Assembly: GCA_022709865.1 (NCBI GenBank)
Contig: JAKLIA010000002.1
Span: forward strand, 14,521 to 78,520
Length of the DNA: 64,000 bases
From: Patescibacteria group bacterium
GTDB taxonomy: Bacteria; Patescibacteriota; Minisyncoccia; Portnoybacterales; GWB1-42-6
Reading direction: 5' to 3'
In this document: positions 49,509 to 59,655 of the stretch, piece after piece
Numbering within the stretch: the stretch's first letter is position 1
Layout of the letters: the number at the start of each line of letters is the position of its first letter
The notes under the pieces: generated by a model
What the model was told of the DNA's origin: nothing
The model's input: the letters and a program-made list of their open reading frames with translations, nothing else
Databases searched by the model: none
Position numbers and translations under genes: made by a program

Positions 49509-50465
49509 ATGCTTCAGATATTAACCTCACTTTTAATACTCCTTAATCCGGCAGTGGCTTTTTTTACTCCCAGCCACCAACCGGCACAAAACGCTTCTCC
49601 TTCTATCGAAAAAGAAGCGGCTTTTATTGATTTTGACGAATACAAACTACCTTTATCAGAAAATATCTTTTTAGCGGCCCAACTCATTCCAACTTATCCC
49701 ATTAGAAATTGGAACTCAGCCGACCCGGAAATATCCGCTAAGATCGCTTTTGTTTTTGAGGCAACCCGACAAAAAGTTCTATGGCAAAAAGATGGTTTGC
49801 GAGAAGCGCGGCCTATTGCCAGCTTGACCAAACTAATGACAGCTTTGGTGGTGATAGAAAATAGCAAGCTAGATGATGTTTTTGTTGTTAGCAAAAAGGC
49901 CGTCCAAACGCCAGGAGAACTTGGCGGGCTAATCGTTGGCGAAGAATTATCCGCTGAAAAACTCCTCTATGCTTTGTTGGTTGAATCCAGCAACGATGCG
50001 GCGGTGGCGTTGGCTGAAAACATCTCATCAAAAACCGCTAAAGATTTTGTTGGCCTGATGAACCAGAAGGCTAAAGCCTTAGGGCTAAACAACACAACTT
50101 TTTCCGACCCCAGCGGCCTAGACCCCGAAAACCAATCTAGCGCTTGGGACCTAAATATCATAATGCAGGAGTTTTTAAAGTATCCTATTTTGCAAAAAAT
50201 AACTCAGACCGCTTCCATTGATTTTACCTCCCAAGACGGGAAGTTCAACCATCATTTGGCCAGCACGGATAAATTATTAGGCTTATATCCGGAAATTATC
50301 GCCGGTAAGACCGGCTACACGGAAGAAGCGGGAAATTGCATGATCCTAGCCTGGCATGCGCCAAATAGCCAAGGAACTGTCATCTCTATCATAATGGATA
50401 GCCAAGATAGAATGGCAGAAAGCGCTGCGCTCCTAAAGTGGACGAAAGAGGCCTACTTGTGGTAA
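49509..50465 (+). CDS. D-alanyl-D-alanine carboxypeptidase (low-molecular-weight PBP, class A serine peptidase)
   Basis: SxxK (ASLTKLMTA), SxN (SSND), KTG (KTGYT) motifs. Signal peptide. Confidence 0.8.
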   Translation: MLQILTSLLILLNPAVAFFTPSHQPAQNASPSIEKEAAFIDFDEYKLPLSENIFLAAQLIPTYPIRNWNSADPEISAKIAFVFEATRQKVLWQKDGLREARPIASLTKLMTALVVIENSKLDDVFVVSKKAVQTPGELGGLIVGEELSAEKLLYALLVESSNDAAVALAENISSKTAKDFVGLMNQKAKALGLNNTTFSDPSGLDPENQSSAWDLNIIMQEFLKYPILQKITQTASIDFTSQDGKFNHHLASTDKLLGLYPEIIAGKTGYTEEAGNCMILAWHAPNSQGTVISIIMDSQDRMAESAALLKWTKEAYLW

Positions 50466-50558
50466 AATCCGTATAAGCAGATAGGGTTTAGCCACCAGAA
50501 ACTAAGCCTATTTTGTTTTATATCTCTTAACTAATCGTTATTGCTTAGCCGTTAAATT

Positions 50559-51611
50559 ATGTCTGATTTATTCCAAATCTCACGAATTTTAGGCCTAGGA
50601 GCGTTTTCTTTCGTAGTCGCTTTTGCCCTGACCCCTCTCTGGGTCCATTTCTTAACTAAATACCGCTTAGGAAAACAGATCCGCTCGGAAGGCGCGCCGG
50701 TTTTTAATCAGCTGCACCGCAAAAAAGAAGGCACGCCAACTATGGGAGGGCTTTTGATTTGGCTGACGGTCCTGGTTCTAGCCCTTCTTTTTTGGATACT
50801 AAATTGGCTGGGCGTAGATAATTTTATGGGCAAGCTAAACTTTTTAAGCCGCTCCCAAACTTTTCTTCCCTTGGGCGCGTTAATTGCTTCCGCTCTGGTT
50901 GGTTTAATGGACGATCTATTGGGAATATTCCGCATCGGGCCCAAAGGGGGCGGGTTAAAAATGCGCCACCGAATATGGATCTACACAGCTATTGCCAGCT
51001 TTGGCGCTTGGTGGTTTTTTTCTAAACTTGAATGGAGCACAGTCCATATTCCTTTTGTCGGAAACTTTGACATCGGACTTTGGTATATCCCAATTTTTAT
51101 TTTTATTTTAGTGGCCACTTCTTTTTCGGTTAATGAAACCGATGGGCTAGACGGGTTGGCTGGTGGCACTTTAATGACGGCTTTTGGTGCTTATGGCGTT
51201 ATTGCTTATGCGCAAGGCCATTATGATCTATCGGCTTTTTGCGGCGTGATTCTAGGGGCATTATTAGCTTTCTTGTGGTTCAATATTAATCCGGCTAAGT
51301 TTTTTATGGGCGACACCGGCGCTATGTCTTTGGGCATTACTTTGGGCATTATCGCCATGCTAACCAATCAATTCCTGCTCTTGCCGCTCATCGGCTTTAT
51401 TTTAGTGGCAGAATCATCTTCTGTTTTAATTCAACTAGTTTCAAAAAAGCTGCGCGGCGGGAAAAAAGTATTCATATCAGCGCCGCTCCATCACCACTTA
51501 GAAGCTATCGGCTGGCCCGAATCCCAAATCACTATGCGATTTTGGATAGTTTCTTTTATGGCGGCGGCTATCGGATTAATAATCGTGTTTCTGGATAGAT
51601 TTTATCTTTAA
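50559..51611 (+). CDS. mraY: Phospho-N-acetylmuramoyl-pentapeptide transferase
   Basis: 10-TM protein with MraY blocks (KEGTPTMGG, DDLLGI, NETDGLDGLA, GDTGAMSLG, APLHHHLE). Confidence 0.9.
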   Translation: MSDLFQISRILGLGAFSFVVAFALTPLWVHFLTKYRLGKQIRSEGAPVFNQLHRKKEGTPTMGGLLIWLTVLVLALLFWILNWLGVDNFMGKLNFLSRSQTFLPLGALIASALVGLMDDLLGIFRIGPKGGGLKMRHRIWIYTAIASFGAWWFFSKLEWSTVHIPFVGNFDIGLWYIPIFIFILVATSFSVNETDGLDGLAGGTLMTAFGAYGVIAYAQGHYDLSAFCGVILGALLAFLWFNINPAKFFMGDTGAMSLGITLGIIAMLTNQFLLLPLIGFILVAESSSVLIQLVSKKLRGGKKVFISAPLHHHLEAIGWPESQITMRFWIVSFMAAAIGLIIVFLDRFYL

Positions 51612-51619
51612 ACCTTTTT

Positions 51620-53059
51620 ATGGAATTAAAAGATTTTAAAGACAAAAAAATAACAGTTATGGGCATCGGGCTCCACGGCGGGGGAGTCGGTGTGATTAAG
51701 TTTTTGGCTGAACAGGGCGCCAAGATCATAGCGACTGACTTGCGCCAGAAAGAAGAATTAACGAGCTCCCTTGAAGCTTTGGCCGGACTAGAAAACATTG
51801 AGTATGTTTTAGGAGGACATCGGCTAGAAGACTTTGCAGGCGTTGATATGATAATAAAAAACCCGGGCGTGCCCGAGGATTCAGAATATCTGGCTGCTGC
51901 CCGCGATAAAAACATATCCATTGAAAGCGATATTGGCATTTTTCTGGAACTCTGCCCTGCCCCGATAATCGGAATTACCGGCACCAAAGGAAAATCCACC
52001 ACCGCCTCTTTGCTGGCCCATATTTTAAGGCAGCATTATCCCCAAGTTGTTTTAGCCGGTAATATTCGCAGCTCGGTGCTAGCCGAATTGCCGGAGATAA
52101 CCAAAGACACTATTGTAGTTTTGGAACTTTCTTCTTGGCAGCTAGCCGATGCCCAAAAACACAAAAAAAGCCCGTATGTTTCCGTTATAACCAATATCAA
52201 ACAAGACCATCTGAACCGTTATGGCAATTTCCAAGATTACATAGAAGATAAAAAACTTATTTTTAAGTTCCAAAAAGAAAAAGATTATTTGTTTTTGAAT
52301 TATGATGAGGAGATCCTGCGCGATCTTTCCCGAGAGGCAGCCTCCCGAATCTATTTTTATTCAACAGAAGGCGACAAACTTATCCACGCCGAACTTCCGG
52401 CTTTAAACCAAAAAGCCAGAATGGGCGCATATGTGAAAAGCAAAAAAATATATTACGGCGCAGCCCAAAGGCTTATTTCAAGCGTTAAAGACGTGAAGAT
52501 AATCGGCCAGCATAATATTAGCAACGTCCTGGCGGCAATTTCCGTTGCCGACCTTTATAATGTTCCAGCTGAGAAGATCAAGGCCGCTTTACGCTCTTTT
52601 AAGGGGCTGGAAGGCCGATTGCAATTTATCAGTAAAATAAAAGACGTAAAGTATATAAACGACACTACCGCCACCGCTCCCGATGCGGCTATTGCGGCTA
52701 TTGAGACTATCCACGAAGAGTTTCCCAGAAAAGACAAGCAGAAAAATATTATTTTGATTTCCGGCGGCGCAGATAAAAAATTAGACTTTGACCATCTTGG
52801 CAAAACTATTTCCGAACATGCCAAAGCCGTTATTTTATTGCCCGGCACCGCTACCAAAAAATTGGCCAAAGAAATCTCTCCGGAAATAAAGATAGAATTA
52901 GCCGATACCATGGCGCAAGCCGTGTTGTTGGCCAGCCAATTAGCCGAGCCCCAAGATATCGTTCTGCTCGCCCCGGGTTGCGCCAGCTTTGGCTTATTTC
53001 AACACGAGTTCGATAGGGGGCGCCAATTTAACGAAGCAGTGCTTTCATTAAAATCATAA
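51620..53059 (+). CDS. murD: UDP-N-acetylmuramoyl-L-alanine--D-glutamate ligase
   Basis: N-terminal Rossmann VMGIGLHGGG, Mur ligase P-loop GITGTKGKSTT, C-terminal domain. Confidence 0.85.
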   Translation: MELKDFKDKKITVMGIGLHGGGVGVIKFLAEQGAKIIATDLRQKEELTSSLEALAGLENIEYVLGGHRLEDFAGVDMIIKNPGVPEDSEYLAAARDKNISIESDIGIFLELCPAPIIGITGTKGKSTTASLLAHILRQHYPQVVLAGNIRSSVLAELPEITKDTIVVLELSSWQLADAQKHKKSPYVSVITNIKQDHLNRYGNFQDYIEDKKLIFKFQKEKDYLFLNYDEEILRDLSREAASRIYFYSTEGDKLIHAELPALNQKARMGAYVKSKKIYYGAAQRLISSVKDVKIIGQHNISNVLAAISVADLYNVPAEKIKAALRSFKGLEGRLQFISKIKDVKYINDTTATAPDAAIAAIETIHEEFPRKDKQKNIILISGGADKKLDFDHLGKTISEHAKAVILLPGTATKKLAKEISPEIKIELADTMAQAVLLASQLAEPQDIVLLAPGCASFGLFQHEFDRGRQFNEAVLSLKS

Positions 53060-53077
53060 ACGAAACTTCAGTTCAGA

Positions 53078-54175
53078 ATGAAACCTAACCAGCCCGATTA
53101 TATTTTATTATCGGTTATCGCCATCTTGGTTGTTTTTGGTTTAATTATGGTCTCTTCGGCTAGCGTGGGCTTATCTCAAGAGCGTTTTGGCGAAAGCTAT
53201 TATTACCTAAAAAGCCAATTGCTCAAAGGTGTTTTGCCGGGCTTGTTTCTGGGCCTCATTGCTTATTTTTTACCCTATCGATATTTAAAACCTTTAGCCT
53301 TGCCGGCGCTTATTGCCACTATCATTGCCTTAATTATGGTTTTCGTTCCGGGCATCGGGCAAGAACACGGCGGCGCTAATCGCTGGATAAAGATCGGGCC
53401 TTTAGTCCTCCAGCCAACAGAGTTTTTAAAATTAAGCTTTATAATTTATTTATCCGCTTGGCTATCTAGCAAGGGAAAAGCGGTCAAAGATTTTTCCCAA
53501 GGGCTAATTCCGTTCTTATTCATTGTGGGGGCAGTGGCTCTTTTAATAATAAAAGAACCGGACATTGGCACTCTTGGCGTTATCGGTTTTAGCTCCGTTA
53601 TTATTTATTTTCTAGCCGGCGCGCGCATCTCGCATCTGGGCATCATCGGCTTTGGCTCAGTAATTGCTTTTTATCTTTTGACAAAGTTCTATGCCCACGC
53701 GGCTAGCCGCTTGCAGGTTTTCATGAATCCGGAGCTTGACCCAAAAGGCATTGGCTATCAAATTAACCAAGCAGCGCTGGCTTTGGGTTCAGGAGGATTT
53801 TTTGGTGTGGGGCTAGGCCAAGGCCTGCAAAAGTTCAAATACTTGCCCGAGCCCGCTTCCGATTCTATCGTAGCAGTGATTGGTGAAGAGCTGGGTTTCA
53901 TGGGCATTATGGCCGTGCTGTTATTGTTTTTGATTTTTACCTTTCGCGGCCTCAAGGTTGCGCAAGGAGCGCCTGATGATTTTGGCCGCTTGCTGGCCGG
54001 AGGTTTAACCGCTTGGGTAGTAGTTCAGGCTTTAATAAATATCGCCGCTATCTGCGGCCTGATTCCTTTAACCGGCATCACCTTGCCATTTATTTCGCTG
54101 GGCGGCTCTTCCTTGGCTATTACTCTGGCAGGCATGGGCATACTTTTGAATATTTCAAAATATAGTAAAATCTAA
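53078..54175 (+). CDS. ftsW: SEDS-family peptidoglycan glycosyltransferase (FtsW/RodA)
   Basis: 10-TM SEDS pattern with the conserved periplasmic-loop blocks (QPTEFLK, PEPASDSIVAVIGEELGF). Located between murD and murG. Confidence 0.85.
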   Translation: MKPNQPDYILLSVIAILVVFGLIMVSSASVGLSQERFGESYYYLKSQLLKGVLPGLFLGLIAYFLPYRYLKPLALPALIATIIALIMVFVPGIGQEHGGANRWIKIGPLVLQPTEFLKLSFIIYLSAWLSSKGKAVKDFSQGLIPFLFIVGAVALLIIKEPDIGTLGVIGFSSVIIYFLAGARISHLGIIGFGSVIAFYLLTKFYAHAASRLQVFMNPELDPKGIGYQINQAALALGSGGFFGVGLGQGLQKFKYLPEPASDSIVAVIGEELGFMGIMAVLLLFLIFTFRGLKVAQGAPDDFGRLLAGGLTAWVVVQALINIAAICGLIPLTGITLPFISLGGSSLAITLAGMGILLNISKYSKI

Positions 54176-54192
54176 TTTTAACTTTTAATTTT

Positions 54193-55320
54193 ATGAGAAT
54201 TGTTTTAACCGGCGGCGGCACAGGCGGGCACCTTTTCCCAATCCTAGCTGTTGTCCAAGAAATAAAAAATCTAACTAGCGCCAATATTTTCCAAATCCCG
54301 TTCGGCGAGGGCAATAGCGTTGAGTTCATGTTCATCGGCCCCAAGACCGTCGGAGAAGAAGCGCTAGCCAAAGAAGGAATCGTCCATAAAATAATAATGG
54401 CCGGGAAACTCCGCCGTTATGCCTCGCTGCAGAATATTTTTGATATCTTCAAGATTCCGCTCGGCATACTCCAATCTTTTTGGCACCTTTTCTGGTTTAT
54501 GCCTAATGTAGTTTTTAGCAAAGGAGGATACGGTTCAGTGCCGGTGGTTATTGTGGCTTGGCTTTTCCGCATTCCTATCATTATCCACGAAAGCGATTCC
54601 GTGCCCGGGCTGTCTAATAGGATCTGCGCTTTTTTCAGCCGCCGGGTAGCTATTTCTTTCGACGAGTCCGCTAAATATTTTTCCAAAGAAAAAACCGCCT
54701 TGATCGGCAATCCTGTCCGGCCGTCGCTTTTTGGCGGCGATAAAGAAACCGCTAAGCAATTATTCGGCTTAAGCGGCACCAAGCCGGTTCTTTTGATCTT
54801 AGGCGGCAGCCAGGGTGCGCAAGCAATTAACGACCTAATTATTTCTTCCTTAATTCTTATTTCTAAAAGATGCGAGATTATCCATCAATGCGGGGCGGCC
54901 AATTTTGAATCGGTTAAACAAACTATCGGCAATCGAATGCCTACCGATTATCATCTCTATCCTTTTTTGGACGATGAACAAATGAAACAGGGCATGACCA
55001 TAGCGGATCTTATCATAGCGCGCGCTGGAGCCGGCACCATCGCGGAAATTGCCGCCCTAAGCACTCCTAGTATCTTAATCCCTCTGCCTAACGCCGCTGC
55101 AGACCACCAATTAAAGAACGCCACTGAGTTTGCTAACTTTGGCGCCACCGTTATTATGGAAGAAATGAACTTGACTCCCCATCTTTTCCAAAACCAGGTT
55201 TTTTCCTTGCTGGATAATCCGGAACTTTTGAAAAAAATGGGGGATAATGCCAAGGCTTTTTCCCGGCCCGATTCAGCCCAAAGATTAGCGCAGGAAGTTT
55301 TAAATCTGGCTAAATATTAG
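54193..55320 (+). CDS. murG: UDP-N-acetylglucosamine--N-acetylmuramyl-(pentapeptide) pyrophosphoryl-undecaprenol GlcNAc transferase
   Basis: GGGTGGHLFP N-terminal motif and GT-B fold. C-terminal GAGTIAEI / DHQ..NA blocks. Confidence 0.9.
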   Translation: MRIVLTGGGTGGHLFPILAVVQEIKNLTSANIFQIPFGEGNSVEFMFIGPKTVGEEALAKEGIVHKIIMAGKLRRYASLQNIFDIFKIPLGILQSFWHLFWFMPNVVFSKGGYGSVPVVIVAWLFRIPIIIHESDSVPGLSNRICAFFSRRVAISFDESAKYFSKEKTALIGNPVRPSLFGGDKETAKQLFGLSGTKPVLLILGGSQGAQAINDLIISSLILISKRCEIIHQCGAANFESVKQTIGNRMPTDYHLYPFLDDEQMKQGMTIADLIIARAGAGTIAEIAALSTPSILIPLPNAAADHQLKNATEFANFGATVIMEEMNLTPHLFQNQVFSLLDNPELLKKMGDNAKAFSRPDSAQRLAQEVLNLAKY

Positions 55321-55332
55321 AGATAATTAGAA

Positions 55333-55370
55333 ATAAAAAAACGGCGAATTTTTTTAATCCGCCGTTCCGA
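55333..55370. terminator. Bidirectional terminator between murG (+) and the convergent minus-strand gene
   Basis: AACGGCG / CGCCGTT stem flanked by A-rich (5') and T-rich (loop/3') tracts. Confidence 0.5.
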
Positions 55371-55377
55371 GCACCTT

Positions 55378-55758
55378 TCATTTTACCATCAATTTTTCTG
55401 CCAGCCTTTTTTCAACGGCCGCCTGTTTTTCTTGGTATCGATATATTATTATCGAAGCCCCGATCCAAAGAGCAAGCGCTAGCACCACAGACCAAAACCA
55501 ACCCCAAAAATTAGAAAAGTCGCGGAAGAAAGTAATTCGAAATATTATGCTGGCAACACCGGCAACAATAACAATATCCAGCAACGCAACGCCAAACGCA
55601 ATCAAAAACTCCTTTTTGCTTAATTTTCCCATCTCGCTAAAAAAGTCCGATGAGTTCTGTTTTCTAGCCCAGCCTTTGATTTTTTCCCGGCATTGGCTTA
55701 AAAACAATTCCTTCCTGCCATCTCTTATACACCGACTCTTTGCCCTTAAAATTGACAT
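55378..55758 (-). CDS. Hypothetical small membrane protein (start set at the internal Met with GGAGG RBS)
   Basis: Minus-strand ORF. GGAGGT lies 5 nt upstream of the ATG at 55758 (reverse complement of acacCTCCaaaag). Two hydrophobic helices. The longer ORF-track version would run into the gltX promoter region. Confidence 0.5.
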   Translation of the reverse strand: MSILRAKSRCIRDGRKELFLSQCREKIKGWARKQNSSDFFSEMGKLSKKEFLIAFGVALLDIVIVAGVASIIFRITFFRDFSNFWGWFWSVVLALALWIGASIIIYRYQEKQAAVEKRLAEKLMVK

Positions 55759-55843
55759 AAACACCTCCAAAAGAAAATGTTTGTTATTTGTTGAAAAGAA
55801 CAAAAAAGACCCTTTAAACGTATATAAATAGTATAAACAATTT

Positions 55844-57316
55844 ATGAACAAAAGTCAAGTCCGAACCCGTTTTGCCCCCAGCCCCACCGGTTATCTCCAT
55901 ATCGGCTCTTTGCGCACCGCGCTCTATTCTTATTTATTTGCCAAACAGCATAACGGCAAGTTTATTTTGCGTTTGGAAGACACGGACCAAAAGCGTTTTG
56001 TTGAAGGCGCCACCGACGCTATTTATAGCGGCTTGAAATGGGCGGGTGTTAATCACGATGAAGGCCCGGATATTGGCGGGCCGTTCGTGCCGTATATCCA
56101 ATCGCAGCGTTTGGACTTATATAAAAAATACGCGCAAGAATTAATTGATAAAGACAAAGCCTATTATTGTTTTTGCGATGCTAAAACCTTGGAAGAAATG
56201 CGCAACGAACAGGTCGCCAGAAAACAGGCACCTAAATACGACCGGCGCTGCCTAAAGCTATCTAAAGAAGAAATCGCGCAAAAATTAGCCGCCGAAGAGC
56301 CGTATGTTATCCGAATGAAAATACCAGAGAATAGGACTATTGAAATAAACGATCTAGTGCGCGGCAAAGTGGCGTATAGGTCCGAAGAGCTGGACGACCA
56401 AGTCCTATTAAAATCCGACGGCTACCCAACGTATCACTTAGCAGTGGTGGTGGATGACCACTTAATGCAAATAACCCACGTCACCCGCACGGAAGAATGG
56501 TTGCCCTCAACCCCAAAGCATATTTTGCTTTATGAGTATTTTGGCTGGGAGGCGCCGCTTTTTGCGCATTTGCCGCTGCTGTTAAATGCCGACAAAACTA
56601 AAATGTCCAAACGCAAAGGAGACGTGGCGGTGGGAGATTATATTAAAAAAGGCTATCTGCCCGAAGCCATGGTCAACTATCTGGCGTTTTTGGGTTGGAA
56701 TCCCGGCTTGTCCTCCGAAGCCTCGGCGAAGGGGGAGCGAGAAAAAGAAACCTATTCCATGGAAGAATTATTAAAAGACTTCTCCTTGGAGCGGGTGCAT
56801 AAAGCCGGTGCAGTTTTTAACATTGAAAAATTAAATTGGTATAATAATTATTATTTAAAACAAAAAAGCGCCCAGGACCTAAGCGCCTTTGTTTGGCAGG
56901 GAGAAGAAAAGCCCAAAGCCCCAGAACCTCAAATCACCAAAGCCACGGCGATAGAATGCGAACGCAGCAATAACGCAGAGGAAATCAGAGAAAAGGTTAA
57001 TTTGCTTTTTAATCCGCCCGCTTTTGATAAATCCTTGCTTAATTGGAAAGCCATGGAAGAAAAAGATATAAAAGAATCTTTGGAATCATCGCAAAAAATA
57101 ATTGCCGGCATTCCAGAAAAAGATTTTAATTCTGAAAACCTAAAAAACATCTTAATGGAAGAAGCGGCCAAAAGAGGGGATAAGGGTTCTCTGCTTTGGC
57201 CCTTGCGCGTTTCGCTCTCGGGCCTAAAAAACTCTCCGCCGCCGTTTGATATTGCCGAAATTATTGGAAAAGAAAAAAGTTTAGCTAGAATAGCCCAGGC
57301 GATTAAATTGCTTTAA
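55844..57316 (+). CDS. gltX: Glutamate--tRNA ligase
   Basis: Class I HIGH motif (PTGYLHIGSLRTA), KMSKS motif (KMSKRKG). Typical GluRS catalytic-domain blocks. Confidence 0.9.
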   Translation: MNKSQVRTRFAPSPTGYLHIGSLRTALYSYLFAKQHNGKFILRLEDTDQKRFVEGATDAIYSGLKWAGVNHDEGPDIGGPFVPYIQSQRLDLYKKYAQELIDKDKAYYCFCDAKTLEEMRNEQVARKQAPKYDRRCLKLSKEEIAQKLAAEEPYVIRMKIPENRTIEINDLVRGKVAYRSEELDDQVLLKSDGYPTYHLAVVVDDHLMQITHVTRTEEWLPSTPKHILLYEYFGWEAPLFAHLPLLLNADKTKMSKRKGDVAVGDYIKKGYLPEAMVNYLAFLGWNPGLSSEASAKGEREKETYSMEELLKDFSLERVHKAGAVFNIEKLNWYNNYYLKQKSAQDLSAFVWQGEEKPKAPEPQITKATAIECERSNNAEEIREKVNLLFNPPAFDKSLLNWKAMEEKDIKESLESSQKIIAGIPEKDFNSENLKNILMEEAAKRGDKGSLLWPLRVSLSGLKNSPPPFDIAEIIGKEKSLARIAQAIKLL

Positions 57317-57328
57317 TAAAACTTTTTA

Positions 57329-58582
57329 ATGTTTAGAAATCTGCTTATTTTTATTGCCGCATTGGTTATGGCTTTTGGCCAGCCGGTTTTTGTTCTAGCC
57401 GAAACCACCGCGGAGCTGGAAAGTGAAATAAGCCAAAAACAGGCGCAAATCCTGGAATTAGAAAAGCAAATCGCCCAATATAAAGAAACATTAAAAAGCA
57501 CCCAAACCCAAAGCGCCACTCTAAAAAACGCGGTGGCTAAAATGGAAGCACAGATCAAAAAGTTGGAAACGGAAATCAGATTGACCCAAACAAAGATTTC
57601 CCAAACCACCCTCAAAATACAAAGCCTTGATAGCGATATCACCACTCAAAACGTAGAACTAGAAAAACAAAAAAATAACCTAGCGCAAACTATCCTGCTC
57701 CTTAACGAATACGACCAGACCGGCCCGCTGGAGCTAATTTTAGGCAACGGAAACTTTTCCGATATTCTAAACCAGGCCCAATATATCACTAATCTGCAAG
57801 GCGGCCTGCAGCAAAAGCTGGTTGCCATCAAGGAATTAAAATCCCAGCTAGAAGGACAGAAAGCCCAATCCGAAGCGCAAAAAGCGGCGTTGCAAAATCT
57901 GCAAACCCAATTGCGCGGCCAGACTTTGGTGCTGGATAATGAACGAGACGAGCAAAAAAGTTTATTAACCACCAGCAAAAACCAAGAAAAAATATATCAA
58001 GCCACTTTAACCACTCTGCAAAAACAGCAAGCACAAGTAGAAAATGATATTTTCCTGGCTGAAGAAAAATTGCGCCAAAAGATTAACGCCAATTCCATCC
58101 CCGGCGCCAAAACAGGAATCTTGGCGCGGCCGGTTTCCGGCACCATGACCCAAACCTACGGCTGCATAGTTTCTTATTTTGCCCGCATTTCCTATCCCGC
58201 TTGCAACGAAGGCAAAGGAAACGGAGGATTCCATAATGGCATAGACCTTGATTTGGATACGGGTGATTCTGTTTATGCGGCACTGGACGGCACGGTCTCT
58301 GGCGTTGCCAATATGGGCAAATACGCTTATGGCAAATGGATAACCATTAAGCATGATAACGGATTAACCACGCTATACGCCCATCTTTCCGTGCAAAGCG
58401 TGAGCGTTGGCCAAAGAGTAAAAACAGGCGACTTAATCGGTTATGGCGGCTCAACGGGTTATTCCACCGGCTCCCATTTGCATTTCTCGGTTTACGCCAC
58501 TAACACTTTCTCGATTGGCTCCAACCGCTACGGATATCCCACACCTCTTGGCGGCCCGCTAAGCCCGTTGTCATATCTATAA
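57329..58582 (+). CDS. M23-family metallopeptidase with N-terminal coiled-coil (EnvC-like murein hydrolase activator/peptidase)
   Basis: Signal peptide, about 230-aa Q/L-rich coiled coil, then the LytM domain with HNGIDLD and GYSTGSHLHFSVY zinc-ligand motifs. Confidence 0.8.
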   Translation: MFRNLLIFIAALVMAFGQPVFVLAETTAELESEISQKQAQILELEKQIAQYKETLKSTQTQSATLKNAVAKMEAQIKKLETEIRLTQTKISQTTLKIQSLDSDITTQNVELEKQKNNLAQTILLLNEYDQTGPLELILGNGNFSDILNQAQYITNLQGGLQQKLVAIKELKSQLEGQKAQSEAQKAALQNLQTQLRGQTLVLDNERDEQKSLLTTSKNQEKIYQATLTTLQKQQAQVENDIFLAEEKLRQKINANSIPGAKTGILARPVSGTMTQTYGCIVSYFARISYPACNEGKGNGGFHNGIDLDLDTGDSVYAALDGTVSGVANMGKYAYGKWITIKHDNGLTTLYAHLSVQSVSVGQRVKTGDLIGYGGSTGYSTGSHLHFSVYATNTFSIGSNRYGYPTPLGGPLSPLSYL

Positions 58583-58628
58583 AATTAAAGGTCGAACAAT
58601 TTTTATAATTTTTAACCACTAATTTTTT

Positions 58629-58847
58629 ATGAAAATAATCAATTGCATTTGTTTTGGTTTAGTGCTGATTGGCGCTTTGAATTGGGGCCTAGTTGGCGTT
58701 TGGGATTTCGATCTGGTTGCCTGGCTCTTGGGCGTTGGCTCAACCTGGACCAAAATTGTTTATGATCTAGTCGGTTTAGCTGCAATCTATACAGCCGTAT
58801 TTGGTTGCCGGAAAATGTGTTCTTGCTGCAACGGCAACACCCAATAA
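58629..58847 (+). CDS. DUF378-family small membrane protein
   Basis: 72 aa. The LIGALNWGLVGVW...DLV hallmark of DUF378. Confidence 0.6.
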   Translation: MKIINCICFGLVLIGALNWGLVGVWDFDLVAWLLGVGSTWTKIVYDLVGLAAIYTAVFGCRKMCSCCNGNTQ

Positions 58848-58906
58848 TTTTTTCGCCAAGGCTAATAAAAAACTCCTGCTAGCATTTTGGCTTCGGGAGT
58901 TTTTTA

Positions 58907-59245
58907 ATGGACAAATTATCGCAAAAATGCTATAGTTATTTTGTTCTTCAAAATCAAAATAACGAAAGGAGAAGGCTTATGGACAAGATGGTAGAAAAGA
59001 TAGTAATAGCCGTTAAACAGTTAAGAACTTGGCCGGTCAAATATCCGCCATTTTTTTACGCAATCACAACTATTTTAGTCATTTTACCGGCTAATATCTG
59101 CATATTTTTAGCCATAAAAGAAAATCCCATACTCAAAACCGCTCCGGAAATTATCGCCTCGCTCATCCTGCCTTCTGCTATCGCTATTCTCTGGATCAAA
59201 GCTCTTTGGCTTCTTCAAAATAAGCAATTTGCCAACGAGCAATAA
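58907..59245 (+). CDS. Hypothetical small membrane protein
   Basis: 112 aa, two or three hydrophobic helices. A terminator hairpin follows (59258-59285). Confidence 0.4.
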   Translation: MDKLSQKCYSYFVLQNQNNERRRLMDKMVEKIVIAVKQLRTWPVKYPPFFYAITTILVILPANICIFLAIKENPILKTAPEIIASLILPSAIAILWIKALWLLQNKQFANEQ

Positions 59246-59316
59246 CCCCCCGCCAAGGAGCTGCCAAAAACAGCTCCTTTTTTATTATCCCGTCGGTCGA
59301 GACTGACAGGATTTAT

Positions 59317-59346
59317 TTGACCCCAAAACCCTATTTGCAGTATTAT
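59317..59346 (+). promoter_or_regulatory. Sigma70-like promoter driving the Cys-rich micro-ORF
   Basis: TTGACC at 59317-59322, 18-nt spacer, TATTAT at 59341-59346. Confidence 0.4.
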
Positions 59347-59376
59347 TTAAATATAAGCAAATAATCCAACAAAACC

Positions 59377-59520
59377 ATGGCCGATAGAAAATGCCAATGC
59401 GGCATGCCGTTGGACGAAACTACCGAATGCTCCTGCCAGCCAGGTGTTTGCTGCTATTGCTGCACCTGCCAACCGGATTGCGAATGCGGCTGCCAGCAAA
59501 AAAAGGCGGAGCAAAAATAA
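59377..59520 (+). CDS. Cysteine-rich micro-protein (47 aa, 12 Cys), metallothionein-like
   Basis: MADRKCQCGMPLDETTECSCQPGVCCYCCTCQPDCECGCQQKKAEQK, rich in CxC and CC motifs. Has its own promoter and a downstream hairpin terminator (about 59588-59615). Weak RBS. Confidence 0.4.
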   Translation: MADRKCQCGMPLDETTECSCQPGVCCYCCTCQPDCECGCQQKKAEQK

Positions 59521-59655
59521 CTTGATTTTATTATGTTAACCAAATCCCACAACCAAATAGGGAAGTGGGCGATTGATGCTTATCCCCCAAGCGCATTTTA
59601 AAGTGCGCTTTTTATTAACCTTAAATAAAAAATTAGCTAATAGCCAATAAAAAGT

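Noticed and set aside
51568-52911. Minus-strand ORFs 51568-52002 and 52555-52911
   Set aside because: Antisense to mraY/murD, which have unambiguous motifs. Spurious.
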